NCBI GenBank assembly: GCA_963674745.2
Contig: CAXXDV010000001.1
Coordinates: forward strand, 1,728,001-1,792,000
Origin: Desulfosudaceae bacterium
GTDB taxonomy: Bacteria > Desulfobacterota > Desulfobacteria > Desulfobacterales > Desulfosudaceae
Length of the DNA stretch: 64,000 nt
Direction: 5' to 3'
Of this stretch, positions 50,718 to 61,186 are shown piece by piece. Position 1 is the stretch's first letter; each line of letters begins with the position of its first letter. Position numbers and translations under genes: made by a program. Under the pieces are notes generated by a model. That model saw only the letters and a list, made by a program, of their open reading frames with translations. It did no database searches and was not told the origin of the DNA.

Positions 50718-51614
50718 ATGTCTGCTATTAAGGAAATAGACCTGAGTCATCTGGTCGGCCAGGAGGTCGGCACCGCGACCCTTTTAAAGGAGTTGGGCCG
50801 TGGCGCCATGGCCGTCATCTTTATTGCCTATCAACGGACATTGAAACGACAGATTGCGGTCAAGGTTTTACCTCGGTCTCTGATGACATCTGTCGCCGCA
50901 GAACAATTTCAACAGGAAGCCGAGCTGGCCGCCATTCTTTCTCATCCCAATATTATTCAAATTTATGAAGTGGGTAGCACGGATGAATTTATTTTTTTTT
51001 CCATGCAGTTGGTCCAGGGGCGGCCTTTGTCCTATTATATCGCTCTGGCCCAACAGCATGTCATTCCTTCCAAGCGCTTCGTCGGCATGAAGACAGCCCT
51101 TTCCTTGAGCAAGGCCGTTCTTGACGGGTTGGAATACGCTCACAGTCAGGATATTGTCCACCGGGACATCAAGCCGGCCAATATAATGATTGAAAAGCAT
51201 AACAAGCGGCCGATCATCATGGATTTCGGGATCTCGAAAAATATCCGGGCAAAAAGCGGCAAGGACGAAGAGGTGTTGGGTACACCGGTTAACATGGCGC
51301 CGGAACAGCTTCTGAACAAAGACCTGGATAACCGGGTGGATGTTTACGCCGCCGGCGTCATGTTGTTTCAAATGCTGGTTGGAGATTTGCCTTATACACC
51401 GCACAAATCAATCAAGGAATTGTTAAAATTAAAGGTCCAGGGAAAATGGCTGAACCGGACGCCTTCAGAAATGAACCCCGCTGTTAACGAAGAAATGGAT
51501 CGGATCGTTTTGAAGGCCATTGCCCGTAATCCCGATGACCGTTATACCACCTGCCGGGATTTCCAGCAGGATCTTCAGAAATATGCGGAAACATTTCTAA
51601 AATCAGGGCAGTAA
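50718..51614 (+). CDS. Hanks-type Ser/Thr protein kinase (cytoplasmic)
   Basis: LGRGAMA, AVK, HRDIKPANI, DFG, GTPVNMAPEQ, DVYAAG. Confidence 0.93.
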   Translation: MSAIKEIDLSHLVGQEVGTATLLKELGRGAMAVIFIAYQRTLKRQIAVKVLPRSLMTSVAAEQFQQEAELAAILSHPNIIQIYEVGSTDEFIFFSMQLVQGRPLSYYIALAQQHVIPSKRFVGMKTALSLSKAVLDGLEYAHSQDIVHRDIKPANIMIEKHNKRPIIMDFGISKNIRAKSGKDEEVLGTPVNMAPEQLLNKDLDNRVDVYAAGVMLFQMLVGDLPYTPHKSIKELLKLKVQGKWLNRTPSEMNPAVNEEMDRIVLKAIARNPDDRYTTCRDFQQDLQKYAETFLKSGQ

Positions 51615-51624
51615 GGAAACAGAG

Positions 51625-53874
51625 ATGGCAAAAGGTGAACTGAACAAGCAGGATTATGACCGGGTTGCCCGGGTCCTGTTCCTTTTGTTGAACCGGGCCA
51701 TGATGTATCAGGCCGATCATCCGCACATCCAGAGCGCGATCACCAATCTAAAACAGGAGCTCGGAGAGGTGTTGCCGGGTTCTTCCAGTATGGTTCTGAT
51801 TTTGAATCGGGACCAACTGTTCCTCGATGAAGAACCGGTGGACTCGCGTATAAATACCACTCGAATTGTCCGTCTGTTCAAGAAAACGGGCGTTCAATCC
51901 ATATCTTTTCTCTCGGGTATCAGCGAAGAGGAGCTTCAGACCCTTATTGTCATTTTAACAACGCCACAGAAGTTTACCGATAGTGAAAAAATGATAGAAG
52001 AGCTGAATTTTCAAGGCGTGCAGAACCTAAAGGTCAATCATGTTTTTTACAAAAAAGTGACCAAAGACGATGAGGTTATATCCCGTGGGGACAAGACGGA
52101 CAACCCCTCCCCTTTTGCGGGAGGTGAAGCCGCCGGCATCTCAGATCAGTTTATGAAAGTGCTGGTGGAAGGCCTTTTGACGGAAGAAACGGAAAAGGCG
52201 CTGTCCATGAAAAACCTTCTGGCCGATCCTGCGGGCCTTACGCAAAATATGCTGGAAACGGAGAATAAAAGCATGCAGGCGGTCGCTTCCGGTAATGTTC
52301 CCGCCGGTGCCGCCCAAGGGGGGCCTACGCCGGAAGCCGGGTCTTTGCCGCCCGGCACGACCCTGCTATACCAGATTCAAGCCTTGAGTGACGATGTAAC
52401 CCAGAAGCTTGAATCCGGGGCGCAGGTCGATATGATGGACGTGGCCGACGCTGTAAGTGAAATGAAGAAACAGCTCAACCGCGGTATTGAAGCCCAGCGG
52501 GCGATTAATCAAGCCTTTGCCAATGAAGAACAATTGCTCAGCCAGATGGATGAGCTGACGGATAATGTGATTGTTCAACTAATTAAAAACGAATATCAGC
52601 AGGGACAAATTACAACCTCCCGATTGGCGCAGATTCTCCGACGCCTGGTGCCTGAGGCCGGTGGGCTCAAGCGACTTTTGCCGAAAATTAAGGCCGCCTT
52701 GCTCGCTGAAGGCATGCCCATGGCCGATTATTTGCAGCTTGTCCAGCACCTGGGCAAGGAACTGGAAAGCGATGAGCTGTCGCTGATTATGGCTGAAGCC
52801 GCCGAGTCGGTAGGCATGGACGGCGAAGACCTGATCGAAGAAATTCGCAAAAAACCGGAGCGGGCCGCGGAGTTGATAGCCATTGCCGCGGAAATACGTA
52901 GCGGCACTGGAGACGAAAAAGCATTTACGGAGATGCTGGTCGATTATGTCGAGCAACTGGGCGCCAGCGTTCAGACTGAAACAGCCGCATCAGGTGACGG
53001 CGAAGAAGGCACAAACGCGCGCCAGATGATGTCAGACATCGGTTCGGGCCTGGTCGCACAGTTGAAAAAAATGAATTTCAGCGGCGAGGCGCTGCTGGGT
53101 ATGGAGCAGCGGATCAATGACCGTATTGAAGATGTTCTGGGCAGGCTGGCCTCAAACACTGCCGTGCTGACGTCTACACCCGCGCAGAAACCTTCGAAAG
53201 AAAAAACACTGTTACAGATGATGGAATATGGCCTGGGGGATAATGAAGCGTTAAGAGGCTACCTCCGGGTCGTTCGCGCCAAAGCCAAGGCCGGGGAGAT
53301 TGACGAGAACAGTTTTGAGCAGATTTTTCTGGATTTAATAGAACAGGAAAAAATTTCTCGGGAACAGGAGGAAAAGCGGCAATTACCTCCCGGGATTCTT
53401 AAATTAAAGGAGTTTAGATTCTATCTGGAAAAAGAACTGTATCGGGCCAAACGGCATGATCACTGCCTGTCGGTTTTACCGATCTCCATTCTTAAGGCCC
53501 GTCTTGTGGATTCGGATAAAAAGAAAGCGGCCAAAGGGCTCGACAAGGCCGATTTGTGGGATGCGGTTTATCGTCAGCTGATGGGTTTCATCAGAGTTTC
53601 GGATATCATTGGAGAGTTCAGCCATAACGCTTGTGGCATCATTATGCCGATGGCAGAGAAAACAAATGCCGACCTGGCTTGGAAAAGGTTAAGCAAATTG
53701 CTGAGTGATCATGTTTTCGAAGCCAATGACTTGAAACTGAAGATTGTTTTTGCCGGGTCCGTCGCCTCTTATTCGCCTGATATCAAACCGAATTTTGATT
53801 CGTTTGTGAAGACGATCAGCTTTGAGCTGGAACATGTTGTGTCACGTCTGAAGTATGTTCATCGCCTAACCTGA
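51625..53874 (+). CDS. large helical hypothetical protein with C-terminal degenerate GGDEF-like domain
   Basis: N-terminal MYQADHP; C-terminal LEKELYRAKRH..LS...IRVSDIIG without an intact GGDEF motif. Confidence 0.65.
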   Translation: MAKGELNKQDYDRVARVLFLLLNRAMMYQADHPHIQSAITNLKQELGEVLPGSSSMVLILNRDQLFLDEEPVDSRINTTRIVRLFKKTGVQSISFLSGISEEELQTLIVILTTPQKFTDSEKMIEELNFQGVQNLKVNHVFYKKVTKDDEVISRGDKTDNPSPFAGGEAAGISDQFMKVLVEGLLTEETEKALSMKNLLADPAGLTQNMLETENKSMQAVASGNVPAGAAQGGPTPEAGSLPPGTTLLYQIQALSDDVTQKLESGAQVDMMDVADAVSEMKKQLNRGIEAQRAINQAFANEEQLLSQMDELTDNVIVQLIKNEYQQGQITTSRLAQILRRLVPEAGGLKRLLPKIKAALLAEGMPMADYLQLVQHLGKELESDELSLIMAEAAESVGMDGEDLIEEIRKKPERAAELIAIAAEIRSGTGDEKAFTEMLVDYVEQLGASVQTETAASGDGEEGTNARQMMSDIGSGLVAQLKKMNFSGEALLGMEQRINDRIEDVLGRLASNTAVLTSTPAQKPSKEKTLLQMMEYGLGDNEALRGYLRVVRAKAKAGEIDENSFEQIFLDLIEQEKISREQEEKRQLPPGILKLKEFRFYLEKELYRAKRHDHCLSVLPISILKARLVDSDKKKAAKGLDKADLWDAVYRQLMGFIRVSDIIGEFSHNACGIIMPMAEKTNADLAWKRLSKLLSDHVFEANDLKLKIVFAGSVASYSPDIKPNFDSFVKTISFELEHVVSRLKYVHRLT

Positions 53875-53876
53875 TT

Positions 53877-55397
53877 TTATGGTTGTAAGCCAGAATTTTT
53901 CCCCCATATGATTTCAGCCACCAGGTCGGCACAATCCATACCGCTCTGGCAGGCCAGTTCCGTTCCCACCCCCCGGGCCGGACCGGCGCAGTCTCCGGCC
54001 AGGTAAAGCCCTTTTACCGGTGTTTCATGAGACAGACGCCGCGTGCCTGTTTGGGCCGTGTTCTGGGCGGTTGAAATAGCGGCGCCGCTGCTTTTTCCGA
54101 TCCAGGTGGCCAGGGCCCGGACTGACCACCTGTCGCAGAAAATCATGTTCTCTTCCAGGCCCGGAATCAAGCCGAACAGGGCCTTCATCATTTTATCCAT
54201 CCAGATATTGGCGTGATCCTCAAGCGGCACGTCCAGGTTGGGAGAGCCGGCCACGGCCGTGATCAGCTGGCAGCCTTCAGGCGCCAGTTCCGGGTCGAAG
54301 TTGGTCGGCACAGGGATGTAAACCGGAACATAAGCACTGGATCGTCCCTGCATGGCTTCGTGGTATAGCTCCCGCATCAGCGCTTCGGTGATTTCACCGT
54401 CCAGCCGGGAAGGGTAGACACCCACCAGTGAACCGGCTTTGAGCAGCTTTTTACGGATGCCGATTTTGGCCTGAAAAGCGGTCATGGATGCGATCTGTGA
54501 CCGGATGGTACGGATATAGGTTTCAGGAAAATGTTCTGCCCCGGCCATGTTAAGAACGGTGTCTTTGGCGGCCGAGGTTGAGATAACCGCCCGGGCGGTA
54601 ATGGCTTCATTGTTTTTAAGGACCACCCCGGTGACCCTGCTGTTATCGATGGTAATGCGTTTGACCGTGGCGTTCATCCGGACGATAGCCGAGTGCTTTT
54701 CAGCACCTTCAAGAAATGTGCGGGGAATGGCGACCGCCCCGCCTTTGGGATAACACACCGTTAAACCCCGGGCCGCCATTTTCTGGAAATTCCAGATGGA
54801 TTCTCCGGCTGACGCTTCCCAGATGGGCAGAACGAAATACAGGCCCATCAGAAAACCGAACACGGTCAACACCTGGATGTTGATGGTATAACGCTTCATG
54901 AAATCTTCAATGGAGATGGTGTCCAGGGCTTCGATGTCCTGCGGTTTCATGCGCAGGATGTCATGAAACATGCGCAGCAGGGCCGGATATTCCCGCATGG
55001 GGATGTCGGCCTGGTAAACAAAACGCAGCACGAAGACCAGCTTGGCAGCCCACCCGGCTGGCAGGGCGATGTCCAGGTTGAAGCCGCGCAGATGGGTGAC
55101 CGGGTCGGCCGTGATGAAATTGATGGCCTCGCCCATGCCCAGACGGCGGGTACATTCGCCAAAGGGGCCGTCGTTGCCGCGGATAAACAGGTGCGTGCCG
55201 GTATCGACATGAAAACCCTGCTTGAGATAGTACGAGCATGACCCGCCGGGCCGCGGGTTTTTTTCCAGGATCAGGGTCTTTAAACCATGTCTGGCGCAAA
55301 TGGCCCCGGCCGCGGAACCGCCCATGCCGGTACCGATGACGATGACGTCAAAGTCGGGCTGCTCAACAGCGTGTTTGTCTTCTGATAACGTACCGAT
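53877..55397 (-). CDS. phytoene desaturase-like FAD-dependent oxidoreductase
   Basis: FDVIVIGTGMGG Rossmann motif upstream of the first ATG; LEKNPRPGG; TPVKGLYLAGD; probable ATC start at 55397. Confidence 0.85.
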   Translation of the reverse strand: MGTLSEDKHAVEQPDFDVIVIGTGMGGSAAGAICARHGLKTLILEKNPRPGGSCSYYLKQGFHVDTGTHLFIRGNDGPFGECTRRLGMGEAINFITADPVTHLRGFNLDIALPAGWAAKLVFVLRFVYQADIPMREYPALLRMFHDILRMKPQDIEALDTISIEDFMKRYTINIQVLTVFGFLMGLYFVLPIWEASAGESIWNFQKMAARGLTVCYPKGGAVAIPRTFLEGAEKHSAIVRMNATVKRITIDNSRVTGVVLKNNEAITARAVISTSAAKDTVLNMAGAEHFPETYIRTIRSQIASMTAFQAKIGIRKKLLKAGSLVGVYPSRLDGEITEALMRELYHEAMQGRSSAYVPVYIPVPTNFDPELAPEGCQLITAVAGSPNLDVPLEDHANIWMDKMMKALFGLIPGLEENMIFCDRWSVRALATWIGKSSGAAISTAQNTAQTGTRRLSHETPVKGLYLAGDCAGPARGVGTELACQSGMDCADLVAEIIWGKNSGLQP

Positions 55398-55498
55398 GTC
55401 GTATCCCTTGATGTTTTACATTTTATTGATTTGTCGGGGTGAATATAGCAGAGGATTTAAAAGATTTGCAAAAAGTATCGTTGCTCGCGTTTTGACCC

Positions 55499-55556
55499 TA
55501 CCACCTAACCACCTAAAACTCTAAAACCTTAACACTTTAAAACCTAAACCGCTAAA
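55499..55556. repeat. degenerate 8-bp tandem repeat
   Basis: CCACCTAA CCACCTAA AACTCTAA AACCTTAA CACTTTAA AACCTAAA CCGCTAAA. Confidence 0.55.
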
Positions 55557-55696
55557 GTCACAACAGGACAACGGATGCTTACAGAGTTGACTCCAAGCCG
55601 TGTCCGGCTGCGTCGACCCACCCGTATTGACATCTGCCGGTTTCGTTCTTACCATTGGGATCTCATATTTTAATTTTTTAACAAGACAGGATTACT

Positions 55697-58486
55697 ATGA
55701 ATATATTACCGCCGGACGCGCGTTATGTCATCGGCATTGACCTGGGCACTACCAATTCGGCCGTGTCATACGCGTGCACCGACACGGCTGATGGCAAAAA
55801 ACCGCCTATCAAAAAGTTCGAAGTACCGCAGCTCACCGGTAGCGGCGAATTTTCCCGCCAGCCCGTATTACCGTCATTTTTGTATATTCCGGGGGAACAC
55901 GAAATAGCGGAAACGGCCATTGATCACCCCTGGCGCATGCCGACCAAAAATTTTGTGGGAATTTTTGCCAGGGATTTCGGTGCCAATATCCCGGCCCGGC
56001 TGGTCTCATCGGCCAAAAGCTGGCTGTGTGAGAACAGCGTCGACCGGAATGCCGATATCCTGCCCTGGGGCGCGCCGGCAGGGGTGCGCAAGATCTCTCC
56101 GGTGGCGGCATCGGCCGCTTACCTGAATCATATTCGCCAGGCCTGGAACATGACCCGCGGCGACGAGGAAGAGGAGTACCTTGAGCACCAGCTGGTGGTG
56201 GTGACCGTTCCGGCCTCGTTTGATGAAGTGGCCCGGGACAAAACGCTGACGGCCGCATCCCTGGCGGGATTTAAGCACGTTATTCTGCTGGAGGAACCCC
56301 TGGCCGCGTTTTACAGCTGGCTGGCCGCACATGAGAACGACTGGGGCGATGAGGTCAGTCCCGATGAGTTGATCCTGGTCTGCGATGTGGGCGGCGGAAC
56401 TACGGACTTCACCCTGATTACCCTCAGTGACGCGCACGGCTCCCCTCGTTTTGAACGCATTGCCGTGGGTGACCACTTGATTCTCGGTGGGGATAATATC
56501 GACTTGGCCCTTGCCCGGCAGGTCGAGCAGCGGCTGAAACAGACCCTGGACGCGGACCGCCTGAAAACGCTTTGCCACCAGTGCCGCCAGGCCAAGGAAA
56601 ATATTCTGGAAAGCCGCTCGGAGCAGGAACGTATGACGCTGATGGGCCAGGGCAGCGGGCTGATTGCCGGGACCCTGTCCGCCGTTCTGGAAAAGGCCGA
56701 GGTCCACGAAACAGTCCTGGAACAGTTTTTCCCGCTGGTGGATGAAGACCGCGTCAAATCCGAATCGACGGAAAAAGTCCGGTCCGCTTTCGGTCTGGCC
56801 TATGAAAGCGATCCGGCCGTGACCGCTCATTTAATGCGGTTTCTTTACCGGCATACGTCGGATACAGCAGCCGGACGGTTACAAGCCAGGGTGCCGGACC
56901 TGATCCTGTTCAACGGCGGCGCCCTTAAACCCCAACTGGTCCAGGAACGGATCCGAGAGTCCTTGCGGCAATATTATAGCGTCAGTGACACCGGTCTGCC
57001 GCGGGTACTTCACAATCCGACCCATGACGCGGCGGTGGCCATCGGGGCCGCGTATTACGGTCTGGTCAAAGCCGGTCAGGGGGTGCGGGTCGGCAGCGGC
57101 AGCCCCCGTTCTATCTACCTTGGTATCACGACCGCCGACAAACCGGAGGAGGAAACACAGACGGCCATCTGTGTTGTGGAGCGGGGTGTTGAAGAGAATT
57201 CCCGCATCGACCTTCCCGAAAAAACGTTTGACGTGATTGCCAACCGCAAAGTGCGTTTTGATGTTTTCAGCTCAAGCTTTCGTTCCGGAGACAGGCATGG
57301 CGATATCATTACCATAGACGACTCCGTCACCCGCCTGCCGCCGGTGGAAACGGTCATCCAGTTCGGTGAAAAAGGGGCGGCCCGGAATATCCCGGTGCAA
57401 CTGGAGGTGGAGTATACCGAAATCGGCACCCTGGTGCTTTGGTGCCGGTCCATGGTCAGCAATCATCGCTGGCAGCTGCAGTTTCAACTGCGGAATGTTG
57501 ATGCCGGCCTTGATATTCCCGATGCCGGACAGGTTCTGGATACGGCACTGGTCGAGACCGCGCGTGATAAAGTGGTGGAAGTGCTGTCGGTCAAGAAAGT
57601 TGGGCAGGCGGAAAAAAAGCAGCTTTCCGGCCTGGTGCAGACCCTGACGGGTATCGCGGGGATGGGAAAGGACAAGTGGCCGGTATCGTTTTTGAGGGCC
57701 CTGGCCGATCGCCTGATCGAGATCAGGCCGACGCGGCAGATTTCCGCCGATCATGAAACCCGCTGGTTGAACCTGTCGGGTTTTGCCGCGCGTCCCGGCA
57801 TCGGCGACGGGTTTGACGCCCAGCGTGTCAGCGCCTTGTGGAAGGTGTATAACCAGGGGCCATGTTTTAAGAATAACGCCCAGGTCCGGACTGAATGGTG
57901 GATATTCGTTCGCCGTATCGCCTGCGGTCTCAAGCCCGGGCAGCAGCGGCAATTTTTTCAGGATGTCTCATCGCTGATTCTGCCTGGAAAAGCAGGCAAC
58001 GCAAAGATTTCCGATCAGGAACGGGTAGAGATCTGGATGGCCCTGGCCAACATGGAACGGTTACTGGTGAAAGACAAGATCACCTGCGGCCGGGCATTGC
58101 TGCCCCGGATTACGTCAAAAAACTGCAAGCCCCAATACCTGTGGGCGTTGTCCCGCCTGGGCGCCCGCGAGCCGCTTTATGGTTCGGCGGATCGGGTCGT
58201 ACCGCCGGCGGAAGTCACCAAATGGGTGGAAGCGATTATCGGTGTTCAATGGCGTCGTCCGGAAGCCGCGGCTGGCGCTGCCTGTCGCCTGGCCAGGAAA
58301 ACCGGCGACCGGACGCGGGACATTGACGACGCCCTGGTTGACCGCCTGCTGGGGTGGCTGAAGGCGGACAGTCTGGACGATGCCTTTGCCGCCCGGATAA
58401 CCGAAGTCAAACCGGTTGAGCAGCAGGAACAGTCGCTTGCTTATGGTGAGTCGCTTCCGGCCGGGCTGGTTTTACGAGATGCCTGA
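55697..58486 (+). CDS. Hsp70-family protein with long C-terminal extension (DUF3731-like)
   Basis: IGIDLGTTNS, TVPASFD, EEP.AA, DVGGGTTD, LGGDNID, LFNGG; terminal GESLPAGL. Confidence 0.88.
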   Translation: MNILPPDARYVIGIDLGTTNSAVSYACTDTADGKKPPIKKFEVPQLTGSGEFSRQPVLPSFLYIPGEHEIAETAIDHPWRMPTKNFVGIFARDFGANIPARLVSSAKSWLCENSVDRNADILPWGAPAGVRKISPVAASAAYLNHIRQAWNMTRGDEEEEYLEHQLVVVTVPASFDEVARDKTLTAASLAGFKHVILLEEPLAAFYSWLAAHENDWGDEVSPDELILVCDVGGGTTDFTLITLSDAHGSPRFERIAVGDHLILGGDNIDLALARQVEQRLKQTLDADRLKTLCHQCRQAKENILESRSEQERMTLMGQGSGLIAGTLSAVLEKAEVHETVLEQFFPLVDEDRVKSESTEKVRSAFGLAYESDPAVTAHLMRFLYRHTSDTAAGRLQARVPDLILFNGGALKPQLVQERIRESLRQYYSVSDTGLPRVLHNPTHDAAVAIGAAYYGLVKAGQGVRVGSGSPRSIYLGITTADKPEEETQTAICVVERGVEENSRIDLPEKTFDVIANRKVRFDVFSSSFRSGDRHGDIITIDDSVTRLPPVETVIQFGEKGAARNIPVQLEVEYTEIGTLVLWCRSMVSNHRWQLQFQLRNVDAGLDIPDAGQVLDTALVETARDKVVEVLSVKKVGQAEKKQLSGLVQTLTGIAGMGKDKWPVSFLRALADRLIEIRPTRQISADHETRWLNLSGFAARPGIGDGFDAQRVSALWKVYNQGPCFKNNAQVRTEWWIFVRRIACGLKPGQQRQFFQDVSSLILPGKAGNAKISDQERVEIWMALANMERLLVKDKITCGRALLPRITSKNCKPQYLWALSRLGAREPLYGSADRVVPPAEVTKWVEAIIGVQWRRPEAAAGAACRLARKTGDRTRDIDDALVDRLLGWLKADSLDDAFAARITEVKPVEQQEQSLAYGESLPAGLVLRDA

Positions 58487-58510
58487 ACCTGAAAATCTGG
58501 TCCATCTCCC

Positions 58511-58543
58511 TTGAACCCTCGACCCCTTGAGCCCTTGAACCCT
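58511..58543. repeat. degenerate 8-bp tandem repeat
   Basis: TTGAACCC TCGACCCC TTGAGCCC TTGAACCC. Confidence 0.55.
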
Positions 58544-58553
58544 GCGCACCATA

Positions 58554-60731
58554 TTACAGCCTGCCCTCGCGTTTCAAAAAACGGGTGTAAACATACATTT
58601 TGGCCAGAGACTTTACCGCCCGTTCCGGGGTGGGAAAGAAAACCCCCTTGTACCGGGCACCGTCGACTTTGTAAATGGTCTTGTCCTCGGTTTCGTCGGT
58701 GACAATGTTGACACCGATGACCGGTTTTTCATACGTCTCCATCAGGTTGACCACATGGGCGATATACTGCTCTTCGAAGTCATACATGGCCTTGACCACC
58801 GTGTCGAAAAAATTCTGGTCATAGTTGGGATCCACGGCGCATGTCTGAACCAGTCGCTTAACGCTGTGCTTTCTGCCCAGGATACCGAGATTCAGGACCA
58901 TGTCGCATCCGTCCCAGCGGATCAGTTTTTCCAGAACCCGGACCGGAAAGGAATTGTCCCGTTCGCCGACCAGGTCGACCGGATTGGCGTGGCTCCAGTA
59001 GGGCGGAAGAATGCCGTTGATGGTGTCGATCAGTTCTTCGGACAGTTCCGGCACCTCCAGGTTGAAGCGCGCGCAAAGGTCTGACGCCACCACACCCCAG
59101 CCCCCGCCGAGGGTCATGATGGCCACCCGTTTGCCTTTGGGCAGGGGCAGGGATGACAGGGCGGCCGACAGGTCAAGCATGTCCATGGGCTGGTCGACTT
59201 TGATGATGCCGGTTTGACGGCAGACCGCGTCAAATACCCGGGCGTCCGAGGTCATGGCGCCGGTATGACTGGCCGCGGCCTTGCTGCCGGCTTCGGTCTG
59301 ACCGCCTTTTAAGAGCACTATGGGCTTTTTCTGTGACAGTCGTCGGGCACTTTCCAGGAATCGTTTGCCGTTTTTAACGCTTTCGATATAGAGCATGACG
59401 ATTTTTGTGACATCATCAATTTCAAAACCTTCCAGATAGTCTTCGATGGTGACCATGGCTTCGTTACCGGAACCGCTGAAGGCCCGGATTTCAATGCCCT
59501 GCTGCTCGGCGAAATAGAGCAGCTGCCCGCCCATGTTACCGGACTGGGCGACAACGGAAATACCGCCCGGATCGGGCCAGACCAGGGACCCGGTGCAATA
59601 CAGCTTAATGTGCGGGTTGATGATGCCCATGGTATTGGGCCCCACAATCAGGATTCCGGCTTCCCGCGCTTTTTCCATGACCTGCTTTTCCAGTTGTTTG
59701 CCCTCGGGCCCGGTTTCACCGAAACCCGAGGTGATCAGCAGCATGCTCTTGATCCCCTTTTCTTTGAGGTCGGGAATCAGGTCACAGACCCTGGCGGCCG
59801 GGACCGTAACTACCGCCAGGTCAACCGGGCCGGGAATATTTACGACGGACTTGTAGGTTTGCCGACCCGCGATCATGTCGCGGGCGGGATTGACCAGGTA
59901 AATCTCACCCTCGTATCCGTTGCTCAACACATTGGTAAACAGCATGTGCCCCCATTTGCCCAACTGGCCGGAAGCCCCCACAAAAGCCATGGACCTGGGC
60001 GCGAAAAGTTTTCCCAGGGCCCGGGGGTCAACCGGCGGGAGGGTTGCCGCTGTCTGCTGACGGGCGCTTTTAATAACCAGGGCGTCAACCGCGCAAACCC
60101 GGCCGTCGGGCGAAACAATCAGCGGGTTGATATCCACTTCTGAAATGTCGGTTTCCGTCTGCCCGATTTCTGAAAGCCCCATCAGGGTGTCTACGAGCTG
60201 CTGCCGGTTGGCGGGCTTTTCGCCCCGGAAAGCACCCAGCATTCGGGCTGACCTGATATCATCGATCATTTCCTCGGCATCGGCCCGGGTCAGCGGGGTG
60301 ACGCGAAAGCTGACATCCGCCAGGGCTTCGGTAAAAATACCGCCCAGACCGAACATGACCACCGGGCCGAAGACCCTGTCATGAAACAGCCCGGCCACGA
60401 ATTCTCTCCGCCCCTGTATCTGGGGTTGGACCAGCAGCCCTTCCAGGGCATCGCCGGCGGTATCTTTTATTTTCCGGCAGGCCTCTTTGACGGCCTCTTT
60501 GTCCGATAAATTCAAGTGGACAATACCCGCTTCGGTTTTGTGCATCAATTCGGCCCCCATGCCCTTGATGACCACCGGATAACCATACTGTTCGGCGGCC
60601 GCAACCGCGCTGTCGGCGTCGGTTACCACGGATTCCGAGACAACAGGAATGCCATATTGGTTGAGAACTGTTTTTGAAGCGTTTTCTGAAAGCGCTGTTT
60701 TATTGTCGGGCATAATAACGGCGTTGCTCAT
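58554..60731 (-). CDS. ADP-forming acyl-CoA ligase (ATP-grasp N-terminal, CoA-binding C-terminal)
   Basis: HKTEAG, VMFGLGG, EVDINPL, then GPNTMG, AQSGN, ASHTGA; AGGAG RBS. Confidence 0.92.
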   Translation of the reverse strand: MSNAVIMPDNKTALSENASKTVLNQYGIPVVSESVVTDADSAVAAAEQYGYPVVIKGMGAELMHKTEAGIVHLNLSDKEAVKEACRKIKDTAGDALEGLLVQPQIQGRREFVAGLFHDRVFGPVVMFGLGGIFTEALADVSFRVTPLTRADAEEMIDDIRSARMLGAFRGEKPANRQQLVDTLMGLSEIGQTETDISEVDINPLIVSPDGRVCAVDALVIKSARQQTAATLPPVDPRALGKLFAPRSMAFVGASGQLGKWGHMLFTNVLSNGYEGEIYLVNPARDMIAGRQTYKSVVNIPGPVDLAVVTVPAARVCDLIPDLKEKGIKSMLLITSGFGETGPEGKQLEKQVMEKAREAGILIVGPNTMGIINPHIKLYCTGSLVWPDPGGISVVAQSGNMGGQLLYFAEQQGIEIRAFSGSGNEAMVTIEDYLEGFEIDDVTKIVMLYIESVKNGKRFLESARRLSQKKPIVLLKGGQTEAGSKAAASHTGAMTSDARVFDAVCRQTGIIKVDQPMDMLDLSAALSSLPLPKGKRVAIMTLGGGWGVVASDLCARFNLEVPELSEELIDTINGILPPYWSHANPVDLVGERDNSFPVRVLEKLIRWDGCDMVLNLGILGRKHSVKRLVQTCAVDPNYDQNFFDTVVKAMYDFEEQYIAHVVNLMETYEKPVIGVNIVTDETEDKTIYKVDGARYKGVFFPTPERAVKSLAKMYVYTRFLKREGRL

Positions 60732-60876
60732 ATTTAACTCCCTGTTTTTATATGTTTTTTCAAGCCAATCGGCCAGGCCGACAGGCGGAGATATCATTAA
60801 CGCTTACGTTAAGGTTAATTTATGATAGGCAATCAAAAATCAAAAGTCAAGCAGCTCTTGTCAATTGTAAACAGGC

Positions 60877-60904
60877 TTGACATAAAACACTGTTTCGGTA
60901 TAAT
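60877..60904 (+). promoter_or_regulatory. consensus sigma70 promoter
   Basis: TTGACA (60877-60882) - 16 bp - TATAAT (60899-60904). Confidence 0.7.
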
Positions 60905-60922
60905 TTTAAAGGTCAAAGGATT

Positions 60923-61150
60923 TTGATTGTGGGAGAAAAAAAACAAACGACTCAACTGGTCTGGGGCTTGTTACTGATATTCGCCGGGGTCGGTGTTTTT
61001 TTCAGATTTCATTCTCTTGAGTCAGACCTGAAAACCCTTGCGGGGCAGCCATCTACCGCGGTCTTCATCCGCATCTGCTTTTACGTCATGGCCATCCTGC
61101 TGATCGGCGGCGGTATCAGAAAAGTTCGAGGGTACTACAAGAAAAAATAA
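60923..61150 (+). CDS. small two-TM membrane protein
   Basis: 75 aa downstream of the promoter; start uncertain. Confidence 0.65.
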   Translation: MIVGEKKQTTQLVWGLLLIFAGVGVFFRFHSLESDLKTLAGQPSTAVFIRICFYVMAILLIGGGIRKVRGYYKKK

Positions 61151-61186
61151 TCATTTCATCATTCATCACCAATAAGGACGTTTAAT

